This document shows positions 1 to 10,056 of a stretch of 64,000 nucleotides of DNA, piece by piece. The notes beneath the pieces were generated by a model. That model worked only from the letters and a program-made list of their open reading frames with translations. It ran no database searches and had not been told where the DNA came from. Source of the DNA: Clostridium sp. CAG:568 (GTDB lineage: Bacteria > Bacillota_I > Bacilli_A > RFN20 > CAG-288). How positions within the stretch are numbered: position 1 is the stretch's first letter; every line of letters begins with the position of its first letter. Location of the stretch: assembly GCA_000434395.1 (NCBI GenBank), contig FR878803.1:13172-77171 (forward strand), in the 5' to 3' direction. Position numbers and translations under genes: made by a program.

Positions 1-995
1 CAACCATGATAAGAGCATAACCCACGTAGAACCAAACGTAGCCGATATTGTTGACTATCATGTAGGCCCAATAACCAATAGGAGTAATATGATCAGTCAA
101 GAAATGTCTGACAGGAGGGATGGCAATAGCTATCAAGGCAATCAACATAAAACCTTCAACAATCCATAAGAAGATTGCTAAGCCTTTGAAAACACCTCTC
201 TTGATTCTCTCATCTTTGTGAAGAATGTCATTCTTGACAACTTTTTCTATAGGCTGTTTTTGCTCAACTTTTTGTTCTACATTAACCTGTTCAACAGTAG
301 CAGGAGCACCTTCGAGCAAAGTTGCTTGCTCTTGAGCCAAAAGCTCATCTTCATCTTCCTTAGGCTTCTTGAAAGCCAAGACTCCTAAAAGTACTGACAA
401 GGCGATCAAGACGACGAGAATGATGACTACGAACAATGCAAAGTACCCAAGCACAGGGATGCCAGATAATCCTGACAAAGCCTCAACAGCTAGCTTTCTC
501 CAATACAAAACAGTTCGGGAATCATACAGCGAAAGTCTAATAGAAGGAACAAAGACAGCAATCATTCCGCAAATCACTATCAATGTCAAAAGCCATACGA
601 CAATTGCGAAAAATGCCAAGACAAAATGACCGAAGCCGTGTTTTTTTTCGTTCTTTTCAACTGAAGCCGCCTTAGTGGTAACCTCGCCATCATTATCAAT
701 CACAGCTTTAGGTTTCTTATATGCCACAATAGCGGGCCAAATAGAAATTCCTAAAAGGATCACAACAATCAAAGCCATGAAGATGTCTATCCATCCCTGT
801 GAAGAAAGACCAGGAAGTTTCCATCCATCGACAAGCTCTACTATCTTGCTAGAGAATTGTCCAATCGAGTTGACACCACCACAAGTGATAGCATCATTAA
901 GATATGGGACGCCGAAAAAGATCAATGCCACCACAACTATCAAGGACAAAGCCCAAAGAACAGCAAGACAGATTTTAGAAACTGTTCTTTTCATG
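1..995 (-). CDS. integral membrane protein, 5' portion only (gene continues beyond window start). N-terminus is MKRTVSKICLAVLWALSLIVVVALIFF...
   Basis: ATG at complement 993-995, followed by an unbroken minus-strand frame down to position 1. It is absent from the ORF track because the window edge truncates it. Hydrophobic helices alternate with a charged E/K/Q-rich loop. The + strand ORFs 369-629 and 675-1037 are antisense shadows of this gene. Confidence 0.55.
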
Positions 996-1249
996 AATGC
1001 CTCTTTTCTGTATTACCTATTTACTAATACAAAATAAATATACCACTTGCAACCCCTGTTTTAAAAGTTGTTTTTTAAGGAAATTGTATAAATATAGCAC
1101 TCATTTTTTGATAAATTTTCAAAATAAGTTGATATTTGTCTAAAAACTAATCCAATTATATTGCATAAATATTGAGTTTTTTTGAATTACCAACTTATAA
1201 ATTCATATAATGCCATGTTGTATATAGGCATTTGTAAAAAAAACATTTA

Positions 1250-2446
1250 TTATTCTTCCTTTTTAACGATGCTTAAGTCTTTTGACACAACAAAAACATC
1301 TTTAGGTTCAAATGTTTTATCCATCATAACATCGTCATATATGACAAAAAAAAAGTTCATTTTTTTCTTTAGTTCTATCAATCTAGTAGTTATTTCTTTT
1401 AGCAATTGACGGCTATTTGTAAGACTAGAGCAATCCATCACAACAATCTTAGGATTAAAGGCTAATAAATAGGAGAGTTGTATTTTCAATTGAAAATCTT
1501 CGTTGATAAATTGATAAGATTTATATTTAACAACCTCTTTTGCTTTAAATATTCCTAAAGCTTCCATCAACTCAATCGAATAATCATAAGCCTCTTGCCT
1601 TCTCATTCCTTGGACTGCCATCAAGATTGATATAAGGTTTTCGCCTATGGAATGCTTTCTTTCATCGACTAATAAGAATTTTTCTTGTCCGACAACACCG
1701 ATCACATAGTTTTCTAAGCCTAAAAGAATATCTCTTTCATTCTTACAATTAATGGTCAAAGGTTTCTTGACCTTTTGTAGCTGTTCTTCTCTTTTCCTAG
1801 CTTTTTTAAATTTTCTTTTATGAGCTAGGAAATATCTGTCCCAACCATTTAGCATCTCAAAAGAGAAATCCATCCAAAACTTCTTCTTTTTAAGTTGTCT
1901 TTTCTTAGCGTAATAAATTCTCTTTAAATTCTTAGTTTGAAATGATCTATATTTTTCTTTCTCCAAGTCATCAAACAAACCTAAATACTTTTTATTTGCT
2001 TCTTCTATATAAGCTATTTCGTTAGACCACTCAGCTTTAATTTCTTTAGCCTTTATATTTTTGTCTTCTTCAGGTATAGATGAATCAGCTTTAACCCTAT
2101 CTACTTGTTCATTCATCAAAGACCTAGCATCACTTCTTTCATAAGAAGTCAATAAACGATCTACTCTTTCAAAATTCGATAATCTAAACTTCATATACTC
2201 ATTATCGTGAAGAGTAAATCCATTCAATGTTATCCTATTGAATTTTATTCCTTTAAAATCTTTGATCAACATCTTTAAAGAAGGATGAATTCCTTTTATC
2301 AAAAATCTTTTCTCGCTAAAAATAATATATGTAGTAGATGAATCAAAGCTGTATGTTTTACCATCCGTCGTTTCTACTTTTAATTCGATTTTATCGTTTG
2401 ATATATCTAGATAGCTTATCTTTGTACAAGGTTTTTTGTTTTCCAT
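1250..2446 (-). CDS. hypothetical protein with a degenerate ABC/SMC-like ATPase fold. Walker A, signature and H-loop motifs are lost, and there is a K/E-rich coiled-coil insertion.
   Basis: The C-terminal stretch LSYLLAFNPKIVVMDCSSL...FFFVIYDDVMMD aligns position-by-position with the ABC Walker B / D-loop / H-loop region (LARALAxxPKhhhhDEPxxxLD...VTHD), but with E->C and H->Y. The N-terminal lobe has beta strands but GIHPSLKML where the P-loop should be. A central KKRQLKKKK-rich helical insert resembles RecF/SMC-type ATPases. Confidence 0.4.
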   Translation of the reverse strand: MENKKPCTKISYLDISNDKIELKVETTDGKTYSFDSSTTYIIFSEKRFLIKGIHPSLKMLIKDFKGIKFNRITLNGFTLHDNEYMKFRLSNFERVDRLLTSYERSDARSLMNEQVDRVKADSSIPEEDKNIKAKEIKAEWSNEIAYIEEANKKYLGLFDDLEKEKYRSFQTKNLKRIYYAKKRQLKKKKFWMDFSFEMLNGWDRYFLAHKRKFKKARKREEQLQKVKKPLTINCKNERDILLGLENYVIGVVGQEKFLLVDERKHSIGENLISILMAVQGMRRQEAYDYSIELMEALGIFKAKEVVKYKSYQFINEDFQLKIQLSYLLAFNPKIVVMDCSSLTNSRQLLKEITTRLIELKKKMNFFFVIYDDVMMDKTFEPKDVFVVSKDLSIVKKEE

Positions 2447-2524
2447 AGTTCATTTAAATCTTAATAATTATAGCAAGACTTCTCTTATGCCGTTATAATA
2501 ATTCGAATTGTTAAGGAGAATACT

Positions 2525-3256
2525 ATGGCTAAACTTAAAACCGTTCTTTTTGATTGCTGGGATACAGTTATTCATTATAATGAAACTGATAAAAACAAAG
2601 GAATAACTCTTCTTTTAGATGTTTGTGATAATCCCGATAACATCAAATCTGATCAATTGGAATCAGATTATCACGCCTTGATGCATGAATACTATAAGAA
2701 TTGCAATGACTTCGATTTAAGATTCATTGCATTATTTAGATATATTTGTATATCGCATAATCTCAAGCCGAGGATTTCATATGAAGAAATCGAGAAACTA
2801 TATAATCAGCATATAGTTCCAACACCAGTAGAAAACCTTAGACCATTATTGGATTTTCTAAAGCAAAACAACATAAAGATTGGTGTATGTTCCAATACCA
2901 TTCACTCCGAAGAGCACACTGTCGATTTCATAAAACAATGCTGGCCTGATATGCCATTTGATTTTGTTATGGCCTCATCGACATATGGTGTCAAAAAGCC
3001 GAATCCTAGATTCTTTGAAATCGGAGCTAAACTAGCTGGTTCAAAGAACGAAGAAACGATTTATATAGGTGATAACTTCTATGCCGATGTATATGGATCT
3101 TGGTTATCTGGTTTTATGAAATCGATTTGGTTAAATCAAAAGCACCGGAGCAAGATAGATTATTATCAATATCATCCTGAAATGAGCGATAAGATTGAAT
3201 ATACTGAAATCGATGACTATCTCAAACTTATTCCAATATTGGAGAAAATGATTTAA
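2525..3256 (+). CDS. HAD-superfamily hydrolase (subfamily IA)
   Basis: Motif I VLFDCWDTV (DxDT), motif II GVCSNT, motif III GVKKPNP, motif IV YIGDNFYADVYG. RBS AAGGAGAA upstream of the ATG. Confidence 0.75.
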   Translation: MAKLKTVLFDCWDTVIHYNETDKNKGITLLLDVCDNPDNIKSDQLESDYHALMHEYYKNCNDFDLRFIALFRYICISHNLKPRISYEEIEKLYNQHIVPTPVENLRPLLDFLKQNNIKIGVCSNTIHSEEHTVDFIKQCWPDMPFDFVMASSTYGVKKPNPRFFEIGAKLAGSKNEETIYIGDNFYADVYGSWLSGFMKSIWLNQKHRSKIDYYQYHPEMSDKIEYTEIDDYLKLIPILEKMI

Positions 3257-3257
3257 T

Positions 3258-4031
3258 ATGGAAAGAACAGGTATATACAAAGAAGAAAGAAAGTTTGTTT
3301 ATTCCGACTACGATATAAACGATGATGTCTTAATGTCTCATATAGCCGAGATATTTCAAGATATCGCTGGAAATCACTCTGAGTTTTTAGGATGTGGTTA
3401 CGAAGCAGTGAAATCTAAGGATATGATCTGGGTCTTAGCCAAAAGCAAAATTGATGTAATAAAAAATCCAATCGTAGCTAAAAATGCAATTGTCGAAACA
3501 ATTGCCTATAAACCAAATGGTCTTATATTTGCCAGAGAATTAATCATCAAAGACAAAGAAACTGGTGAGACACTTATCACCGGTAATTCCAATTGGTGCC
3601 TAGTTTCTTTATCGACCAGAAGATTAGTTCGTCCCAACATCGATGTCGTTCCTTTTGAGCAAGATGATACTAATAGAATCTACAAGGATAGGATGAAATC
3701 ATTGGACAATATTCAATTTGAAGATAAAGATTTCATGTTCGATCAAACTATTAGATTCACTGATTTGGATCACAACAGACATATGAATAACTGCCATTAT
3801 TTAGATATAATTACAAATGCTGTTTCGCCTACTTCAAATCAAAGAATCACTTCATTGGAAATAAACTATGAAAAAGAATGTACCAAAGATGATGAAATTC
3901 TAGTTTATAAAAAAATAATTTCAGATACGGAAGGATTTGTAACAGCCTATAAAAAAGAATCCAGACAACTCGTGTTTAAATCGAAATATAAACTTAGCTA
4001 TAATGCTGACGCATCAAAGCAAACCCTCTAA
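3258..4031 (+). CDS. acyl-[acyl-carrier-protein] thioesterase (FatA/B-like, tandem hotdog)
   Basis: 257 aa. N-terminal hotdog with NHSEFLGCGYEA, C-terminal hotdog with DLDHNRHMNNCHYLD, characteristic of the bacterial acyl-ACP thioesterase family. 2-nt gap after the HAD gene. Confidence 0.7.
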   Translation: MERTGIYKEERKFVYSDYDINDDVLMSHIAEIFQDIAGNHSEFLGCGYEAVKSKDMIWVLAKSKIDVIKNPIVAKNAIVETIAYKPNGLIFARELIIKDKETGETLITGNSNWCLVSLSTRRLVRPNIDVVPFEQDDTNRIYKDRMKSLDNIQFEDKDFMFDQTIRFTDLDHNRHMNNCHYLDIITNAVSPTSNQRITSLEINYEKECTKDDEILVYKKIISDTEGFVTAYKKESRQLVFKSKYKLSYNADASKQTL

Positions 4032-4605
4032 TAGATCTCGGCTTTAATTCCTGGAGTTTTTCAAAACAACCGACCATTGTCGATCCTGTGGTTAAGACAT
4101 CATCAAAAAGAATGATGTCTTTTTTTGACAAATCAATTCTTTTTTTGATAATAATCCTATCTTTTACTTTTTTTCTATCTTCCAAGGTTAAATCTTTTTG
4201 AACTGGGCCAGCAGTCTTTCCCAAAATATCCAAATAACGAATATCAGCTGATTCTAATATTCCTATCAAATGATTAAATCCTCTCTTTTGAATCGATTCG
4301 TCAGTTGAAGGAAGCGGAATAACAATTTTATTTAAAGTTAAGAATTTAAATAATAATTCGAAAGGCGTTAAAAAGACGCTTCTCAGTTCATAATCACAGA
4401 TAGTCTTATATTGATATAGCCATTGCATCAAAACATCATCATGATAATAAATAGAAAATATGTTTAACTCACCTATTTTTTCTTTATTAAAATGAAATTT
4501 CCTTTTAGCTAAACAAGAATCACAAATTACAGGTGAAAGAAAAACAGTCAAAGGCGAACTTGGCTCAATTGGATTAAAACACACCTTACAATACTTGTTC
4601 TCCAT
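3994..4605 (-). CDS. comFC: ComF family protein ComFC (phosphoribosyltransferase fold with N-terminal zinc finger)
   Basis: N-terminal CKVC...CDSC zinc finger. C-terminal PRTase motif ILFDDVLTTGSTM. Overlaps the comFA stop by 20 nt. Confidence 0.8.
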   Translation of the reverse strand: MENKYCKVCFNPIEPSSPLTVFLSPVICDSCLAKRKFHFNKEKIGELNIFSIYYHDDVLMQWLYQYKTICDYELRSVFLTPFELLFKFLTLNKIVIPLPSTDESIQKRGFNHLIGILESADIRYLDILGKTAGPVQKDLTLEDRKKVKDRIIIKKRIDLSKKDIILFDDVLTTGSTMVGCFEKLQELKPRSIRGFALMRQHYS

Positions 4606-5749
4606 TTGACTTTTTAATCCTTTCTATCGATTCGATTATATATTTGTTCTTGATTGCTCCGTAGAAAACAACCTCACCATCCTCATATTTTTTCTTCCTT
4701 CCAGCTCTTCCAGCAATCTGAATTAGAGTATCTGCATTATAAATATAATTTGTATCAGCTTTATAAACTAGAACTTGTAAATTCTTAACTGTCACTCCTC
4801 TTTCTAAGATAGAAGTTGTAACTAAATAACGGAGTTTCCCTTCCTTGAATTCCCTTATTTTCTTCTCTCTATCTCCATCCTGAGACGATACTGATTCACC
4901 ATTAGATAAAAACAATGACAGCTTTTCATAAAGAGTTTCTACTTCTCTGATTGTCGGAGCGAAAACAAACACTTGCTTTCCTTGACCCAACATACGCTTC
5001 AAATCTAATAAAACATACAAAAACTGAAAAAATAAACATCGTTTGAAAACTGGAACTGGAAGAGGTCTTCCATGATATCTCTCATCCAATTTCAGTACGA
5101 TTCCTTTTTCTTTTTCAATGAAATTCAAATCATCTTTTGATGGGGTTGCAGACAATAACACATACGTTCCTCTAATGCTGTCTTTGAAAAACTTATGAAG
5201 CAATTCATCACCTCTATATGGAAAAGCATCTATTTCATCAAACACCAGTAAGTCGAAATAATGAGGGTATCTATATAATTGGTGAGAAGTCAAAACTATT
5301 ATATGTCCATATAAATCCTCTGTATGACCTTCACAAACACACACGACTTTTGCTGAAGGAAAAGCCTCTTCGATTCTTGGACCTAATTCTAAGACGACAT
5401 CTTTTCTTGGGGTAGTAAATCCCACTCTTTTTCCTTCTTTCAATGCTTCTTCCATCGCCATATAGACTAATTCCGTCTTTCCAGCACCTGTAACGGCATT
5501 TATCAAAACCGGAATATTCTTCTTATATGATTCTCTGACTTTTACCGCTATCTCTTCTTGTTTTTCAGTCAATGGATAAGCTAATCTAAGTTTTGGTGAA
5601 GACATCGGCGAAATAGTAAAGGCAGACGGATCCACTTTAGTGCCTGAAAAAGGCAGACATCTTCTGCAATAAACTTTCCCATCAGCTCCAATTCCAAGAT
5701 ATTTTTCATCGCTGTTGGAGCATCTATCACATATAAATTTGGTTTCCAT
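4586..5749 (-). CDS. comFA: competence helicase ComFA (DEAD-box-like DNA helicase/translocase with N-terminal zinc finger)
   Basis: CDRC...CRRC zinc finger, Walker A AVTGAGKTE, DEAD-like LVFDEID, motif VI QIAGRAGR. Followed by comFC. The ORF track extends to a TTG at 5800, but that extension lies inside the upstream terminator hairpin, so I place the start at the ATG of METKFICDRC (5747-5749). Confidence 0.75.
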   Translation of the reverse strand: METKFICDRCSNSDEKYLGIGADGKVYCRRCLPFSGTKVDPSAFTISPMSSPKLRLAYPLTEKQEEIAVKVRESYKKNIPVLINAVTGAGKTELVYMAMEEALKEGKRVGFTTPRKDVVLELGPRIEEAFPSAKVVCVCEGHTEDLYGHIIVLTSHQLYRYPHYFDLLVFDEIDAFPYRGDELLHKFFKDSIRGTYVLLSATPSKDDLNFIEKEKGIVLKLDERYHGRPLPVPVFKRCLFFQFLYVLLDLKRMLGQGKQVFVFAPTIREVETLYEKLSLFLSNGESVSSQDGDREKKIREFKEGKLRYLVTTSILERGVTVKNLQVLVYKADTNYIYNADTLIQIAGRAGRKKKYEDGEVVFYGAIKNKYIIESIERIKKSNGEQVL

Positions 5750-5780
5750 CACTAATATATGTGGATAGATAGTCAAAAGA

Positions 5781-5810
5781 AAATCAAAAAAATCCACCAA
5801 AGGTGGATTT
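5781..5810 (-). terminator. rho-independent terminator after the SMC-like gene
   Basis: Perfect 9-bp stem AAATCCACC/GGTGGATTT with a 3-nt loop, followed on the minus strand by UUUUUUGAUUUUCUUUU. Located in the 21 nt between the SMC-like stop and comFA. Confidence 0.7.
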
Positions 5811-5821
5811 AGTTAAGTCGC

Positions 5822-8800
5822 CTAAGAATTTGAATTAGATGTATTATCGTCAGTTGCTACCACTTTAGTTTCTTCCTGAGTCATGTCTGCTTTGATTTCA
5901 CCGATTTTCTTTCTTTTATCTTCATATAAATCGAGATAAGACATACGATGTTTCTCATCATGGATTGCAACCAAAGCCTCATCGACTAGTTTAGCCAAGT
6001 CTCTGAGCTTTTCAGCAGGTGTGGAGATAAGTCCTTGAAGTCCAAAGGATCTGAGCAAGGATACAGCTTCTTTGATACGAACACCATCCATCTTTGAGAA
6101 AGCTTCATCGAATATAACCAATCTCAAAGTATCGCTATCTTGAGTTACTCTATAAAGCTGAGCGAAGGAAGCTAATATTGAAATATAGAAAGGTGTTTGA
6201 GTTTCACCTCCAGATTGTCTCTTAAATGTTCTAGCCAAAGAAGATTCGACAGCATTATCATCAGTTCCACGTTTGACCAAAAGATCGAAGTTCAAATATG
6301 TACGATAATCTGTGAATTTCTCAATGTTGGCCAAGATTGCTTCCTTATTGGTAGAAGTTGAATCCTGAGCGTCTGAAATCAAAGAGAACAATTGATTCAT
6401 CAAATCCTTGTACTTTTCCATAAAGACATCTTCAGCATCTCCAGCTGATAAGAGCAAAGGATCCATCATCATGTTGTAATAATCGATGTAGTCTTTGTTG
6501 GGTTCGACAGTGAAACGATATCTATCACGTCCAAATCTCACATCAGACAAGGCATCGTTCAATTCTTTGATTTGAGATTGAACTGTAGTAATTAAACTTC
6601 TCAACTTATAAATGAAGTCATCTTTGAATTCCTTAATAGCATTTGCGTGAGCTTGCGCTATCTTCTCAGTATATTGAGGCAACAAGACATTGCTCAAACT
6701 ATCCAATTCTTTATCGAATGTCTCGTTAGAGGATTCATCTGTTGTATCATAAGAGAGATTGTATTTAGTGACATAAGCACTTCTAGTCTTCATCAAATTA
6801 TCACGAAGACTCTTTTGTTTCGATTGAGCTCTGGCAAATAATCTATTTGCTTCTTCTGCAATCTGAGAAACATCCATGGTGGAAGCTAATTTATCATACC
6901 TGGGCAAGTATGTTTCCTCAACAGCTTTAGGATCAAAAGCAGATATAGTTTGTTCTCCAGCCTTGACTGCCATTTGCTTTTCAGGAATAACCTCGTTTTG
7001 AATACGACGAATCTCAGAAGTATGTTCTCCTTTTTCAGCAGTGAATTGCTCTTTTTGTTGATTCAAACTAGCTATATCCTCATCGATAGCATGAATCTTA
7101 TCATCGATTTCTTTGACTGAAGATAATGCTCCTTCCTTCATTTGTTCTGTCAAACGACGAACATTCTCTTCTAATGCTGGAACGTTTTCAACTTCATTCA
7201 AATCATCGCGGTAAGTTCTAGCTTCGTTAGAAGACATGATTGCCATCATAGTCAAAGGTGTTATCTTTTCGACCAAAGAACTGAGCAAAGAAATCTTTTC
7301 ATCGATAGATACATACTCATCGTGTATTCCTTCTACCGAACCTTGGGAAACTCTAGTTCCAAGGAACAATGAAGTGACGCGTTTAGGATACCAGGTAGCA
7401 AAGCCTCTATATCCAGTACAATCGGCACAAAGACCATTTCCACTTTCTCTGGCTTCTTCAAAGTTTGCACATTTCTTTGTCTTTCCCAACAAATAATCTG
7501 AATAAGCTTGAGCACCTTCATCCTTCGAATCCACCAAGAATGCACAGCTATCTTCTCTAGCAGGATGTTCATTCATAAATTCGATAACTTTGGTAGAATC
7601 GACGATGTTAACTCCATTGAAGTCATAAACGTTGATCAAATCTTTCAAGATTCTTTGAGCTTCATTGTAATAGGAAGGATTTACAAAAACATAGAATCTA
7701 TTTCCACCAATACATGATTCAATTGCTGTAGCCCAATTAGGATCGTTGACATCGACCAAATCACAGAACTTCTTTACATAGGCATCAGGATGACGAGCAC
7801 ACAATCTGCTTTGCAAATCATCAACAACTTGTTTATATCTAGGTCCGAAAGGCTTAGCTCCACTATGAACGGATTTCAATTGAACAGCCAATTCAGTTTT
7901 TTTGTTGGAAAAATTATAGAGATACTGTTCTAGCTTCGTGTAAATAGAATAACCTTTTGATTTATATGAATCCATCTCTTGTTGAAGATGTTCCAAAGAT
8001 AAGACATCGACGCTTTGTTCATCGCAAGCTTTGCTCAAAGAATTAAATTCATCATAGATTTCATTTGAAAATTCACTGAATTCTGACAGTTCATCCTTAT
8101 CTCTATCATCAATTCCAAGTCTATCGAGGTTGATGTTCTTAAATGCCGATAAAAAATCGACTGCCTGTCTAGAAAGAGAATCGGCATAATTTTTCAACTC
8201 TCTCAAAATATTTTGTTGAGAGACTTTCAATGCTGCGATTTGACGTTCAAAGTTAGCCTTTTTTTGAGATAACTCATTAGAAAGACTAAAACCCGATGAT
8301 GAAGTCTTCTTGGCAAAATAGTCTTGCTTTTCAGCATTCAGTTCTCTGATTTGATCATCTATCAAAGCAACTTGACGAGCTAGATAATCCAATCTCTGGC
8401 GATGCTCTTCAACTTTGGATTCATAATCTCCCAACTGTCTCTTAGCATATTCCAAGTTAGCTCGAGCATGAATGTAGTTGAAACTAGCCATATCAGTTGA
8501 GATATTGTGATAATTCTCATAAGCTTCATGGATATCTTTCAGCAAAGAAATTTTATCTTGGATTCTAAGGGACTCAGTTTCCAATAATCTATATTGTTCG
8601 ATATTCTTCTGCATAGGAACAATATCGACTTTATACTGAACATCGCAGACAAATTCTGTAATAAATTTAGAAATATCAGAGATAGGTACAAAAGAAACGG
8701 ATTTCTTAAACAAAGAGAAATACTTATCTGGCAAATTGCCGAAAATAGTCTTTAAGAATTGGCGATACTGCTCATTAGAATCAAAGAACCTGGCTTCATC

Positions 8801-9307
8801 AGATTTGTAATTCTCACTGACAAATCTACTGAATTCCTTATAAGTCAAAGGACGAGGGGAAGACTTAGCATCTAACAAATCTTTGTTAGTGAAATTATTT
8901 GACGGGAATCCTGTATTCAAATAGAAGAAATGTCTATCGTCATGACCATCTGAAAAACAGTCGAAGACAATTCCTAAAGTGAATTGAGTCTTTTTCTTAG
9001 TATCCGCAAACTCCAAGGCGATATAAGTAGTGAAACGACCAGGACGAAGAGAAACGACATTACCATCTTTAGTTTCACTGATTTCTCCACGGAGATAACC
9101 GTTTAATGTTCTTCCAGTTTTTTCATTAGCAGCTTTATTGAAGTTTCTTCCTGTCGTATCACCTAAAAGAACAGTTTGAAGAGCATCAATAATAGTTGAT
9201 TTTCCAGTTCCGTTAGCTCCTGTCAAGAAAGTTATATTTTCAATATCGACTGTAGTATTTGTAAAATAATGCCAATTGATAAGTCTAAGTTTAGTGAGCT
9301 TTATCAT
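5822..9307 (-). CDS. SMC-like ATPase of the MukB/MksB/JetC family (long coiled-coil ABC ATPase)
   Basis: 1161 aa. N-terminus LTKLRLINWHYF...FLTGANGTGKSTIIDALQ (Walker A in a MukB-like head). Long helical, coiled-coil-like middle. C-terminus RQSGGETQTPF (signature-like) and LVIFDEAFSKMD (Walker B). Sits last after kleisin-like and KITE-like genes. Confidence 0.6.
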   Translation of the reverse strand: MIKLTKLRLINWHYFTNTTVDIENITFLTGANGTGKSTIIDALQTVLLGDTTGRNFNKAANEKTGRTLNGYLRGEISETKDGNVVSLRPGRFTTYIALEFADTKKKTQFTLGIVFDCFSDGHDDRHFFYLNTGFPSNNFTNKDLLDAKSSPRPLTYKEFSRFVSENYKSDEARFFDSNEQYRQFLKTIFGNLPDKYFSLFKKSVSFVPISDISKFITEFVCDVQYKVDIVPMQKNIEQYRLLETESLRIQDKISLLKDIHEAYENYHNISTDMASFNYIHARANLEYAKRQLGDYESKVEEHRQRLDYLARQVALIDDQIRELNAEKQDYFAKKTSSSGFSLSNELSQKKANFERQIAALKVSQQNILRELKNYADSLSRQAVDFLSAFKNINLDRLGIDDRDKDELSEFSEFSNEIYDEFNSLSKACDEQSVDVLSLEHLQQEMDSYKSKGYSIYTKLEQYLYNFSNKKTELAVQLKSVHSGAKPFGPRYKQVVDDLQSRLCARHPDAYVKKFCDLVDVNDPNWATAIESCIGGNRFYVFVNPSYYNEAQRILKDLINVYDFNGVNIVDSTKVIEFMNEHPAREDSCAFLVDSKDEGAQAYSDYLLGKTKKCANFEEARESGNGLCADCTGYRGFATWYPKRVTSLFLGTRVSQGSVEGIHDEYVSIDEKISLLSSLVEKITPLTMMAIMSSNEARTYRDDLNEVENVPALEENVRRLTEQMKEGALSSVKEIDDKIHAIDEDIASLNQQKEQFTAEKGEHTSEIRRIQNEVIPEKQMAVKAGEQTISAFDPKAVEETYLPRYDKLASTMDVSQIAEEANRLFARAQSKQKSLRDNLMKTRSAYVTKYNLSYDTTDESSNETFDKELDSLSNVLLPQYTEKIAQAHANAIKEFKDDFIYKLRSLITTVQSQIKELNDALSDVRFGRDRYRFTVEPNKDYIDYYNMMMDPLLLSAGDAEDVFMEKYKDLMNQLFSLISDAQDSTSTNKEAILANIEKFTDYRTYLNFDLLVKRGTDDNAVESSLARTFKRQSGGETQTPFYISILASFAQLYRVTQDSDTLRLVIFDEAFSKMDGVRIKEAVSLLRSFGLQGLISTPAEKLRDLAKLVDEALVAIHDEKHRMSYLDLYEDKRKKIGEIKADMTQEETKVVATDDNTSNSNS

Positions 9308-9319
9308 ATTTCAATCCTC

Positions 9320-10039
9320 CTAGAAACCGACAGGTTCATTTTTGTCTGCAGTAACGACACCTTCTTTAGACTCTTCTTTGTCTTGAGTGCTTTCATATGT
9401 CTCGCCATTTGAAGAAGAACTATCTTCATTTTGTTCTTCACTACCGGTTAAGAATTTATACAATGCGTTCATCTTGGAAGTAGAAATAATATATTTTATG
9501 GAAGGAAGAATGAAGAATGAATAATTGTTATCATTGAAGGATCCTCTTCCTCTAGCGATAATATTGAAAGAAGCCAAAGTCTTCATAGCTCCGGAAATAG
9601 TTTGTAAAGACAAACGCTTAGAGGCAGTAGATAATCCCAAGTCAGAAAGCTTTTGTCTCAGCTGAGTGGAATCCATAGCCACCTGCAATACATTTGGTTG
9701 TTTTTCTAATGAATCTTCATAGAAATCTCTTAGAGTATATATGACAAATGTAGTGGCAGTATCAACTCTTTCTCTATTCTTATCCAATGCATTTCTTAAG
9801 AAAATGACGCCGCAGTCATCATCTTTTGAAATGACCATATCGATGAAATCCAAATATTCTTCGAATAAAGAATAATGTTTTTCTATAAAAGTGTAATCGT
9901 ACTGAATTTTTTCAAGACCTGTAGTGACATCATAACGTTTTCTAACTATGAAACAATGATATAAAAGATTGTTCATCGTTTCAGAAAATTGGCTCTTTTC
10001 ACCAGTTGAAAGCTTATCGTAATCCTCTTGAAATGACAT
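9320..10039 (-). CDS. MukE/MksE/JetB-like (KITE) subunit
   Basis: 239 aa, a size typical for the MukE/JetB family. Sits between the kleisin-like and SMC-like genes, with 12-nt and 17-nt intergenic gaps. Acidic C-terminal tail. Confidence 0.5.
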   Translation of the reverse strand: MSFQEDYDKLSTGEKSQFSETMNNLLYHCFIVRKRYDVTTGLEKIQYDYTFIEKHYSLFEEYLDFIDMVISKDDDCGVIFLRNALDKNRERVDTATTFVIYTLRDFYEDSLEKQPNVLQVAMDSTQLRQKLSDLGLSTASKRLSLQTISGAMKTLASFNIIARGRGSFNDNNYSFFILPSIKYIISTSKMNALYKFLTGSEEQNEDSSSSNGETYESTQDKEESKEGVVTADKNEPVGF

Positions 10040-10056
10040 AAATAAATGGCTCCTTC

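Noticed and set aside
369-1037. + strand ORFs 369-629 and 675-1037 from the ORF track
   Set aside because: They lie antisense to a long uninterrupted minus-strand reading frame (1-995) that encodes a plausible membrane protein. They have no RBS and are low-complexity, so they are shadow ORFs.
1250-2446. 398-aa protein as a displaced JetD
   Set aside because: Its C-terminal motifs align with ABC Walker B and H-loop regions rather than a Toprim E...DxD arrangement. It is separated from the SMC operon by four unrelated genes on both strands.
4586-5800. Helicase downstream of the SMC-like gene as the missing fourth (JetD/MksG) component
   Set aside because: It has DEAD-box helicase motifs and an N-terminal zinc finger, and it is followed by comFC, so it is ComFA. 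JetD is a Toprim protein without helicase motifs. A strong terminator separates the two transcription units.
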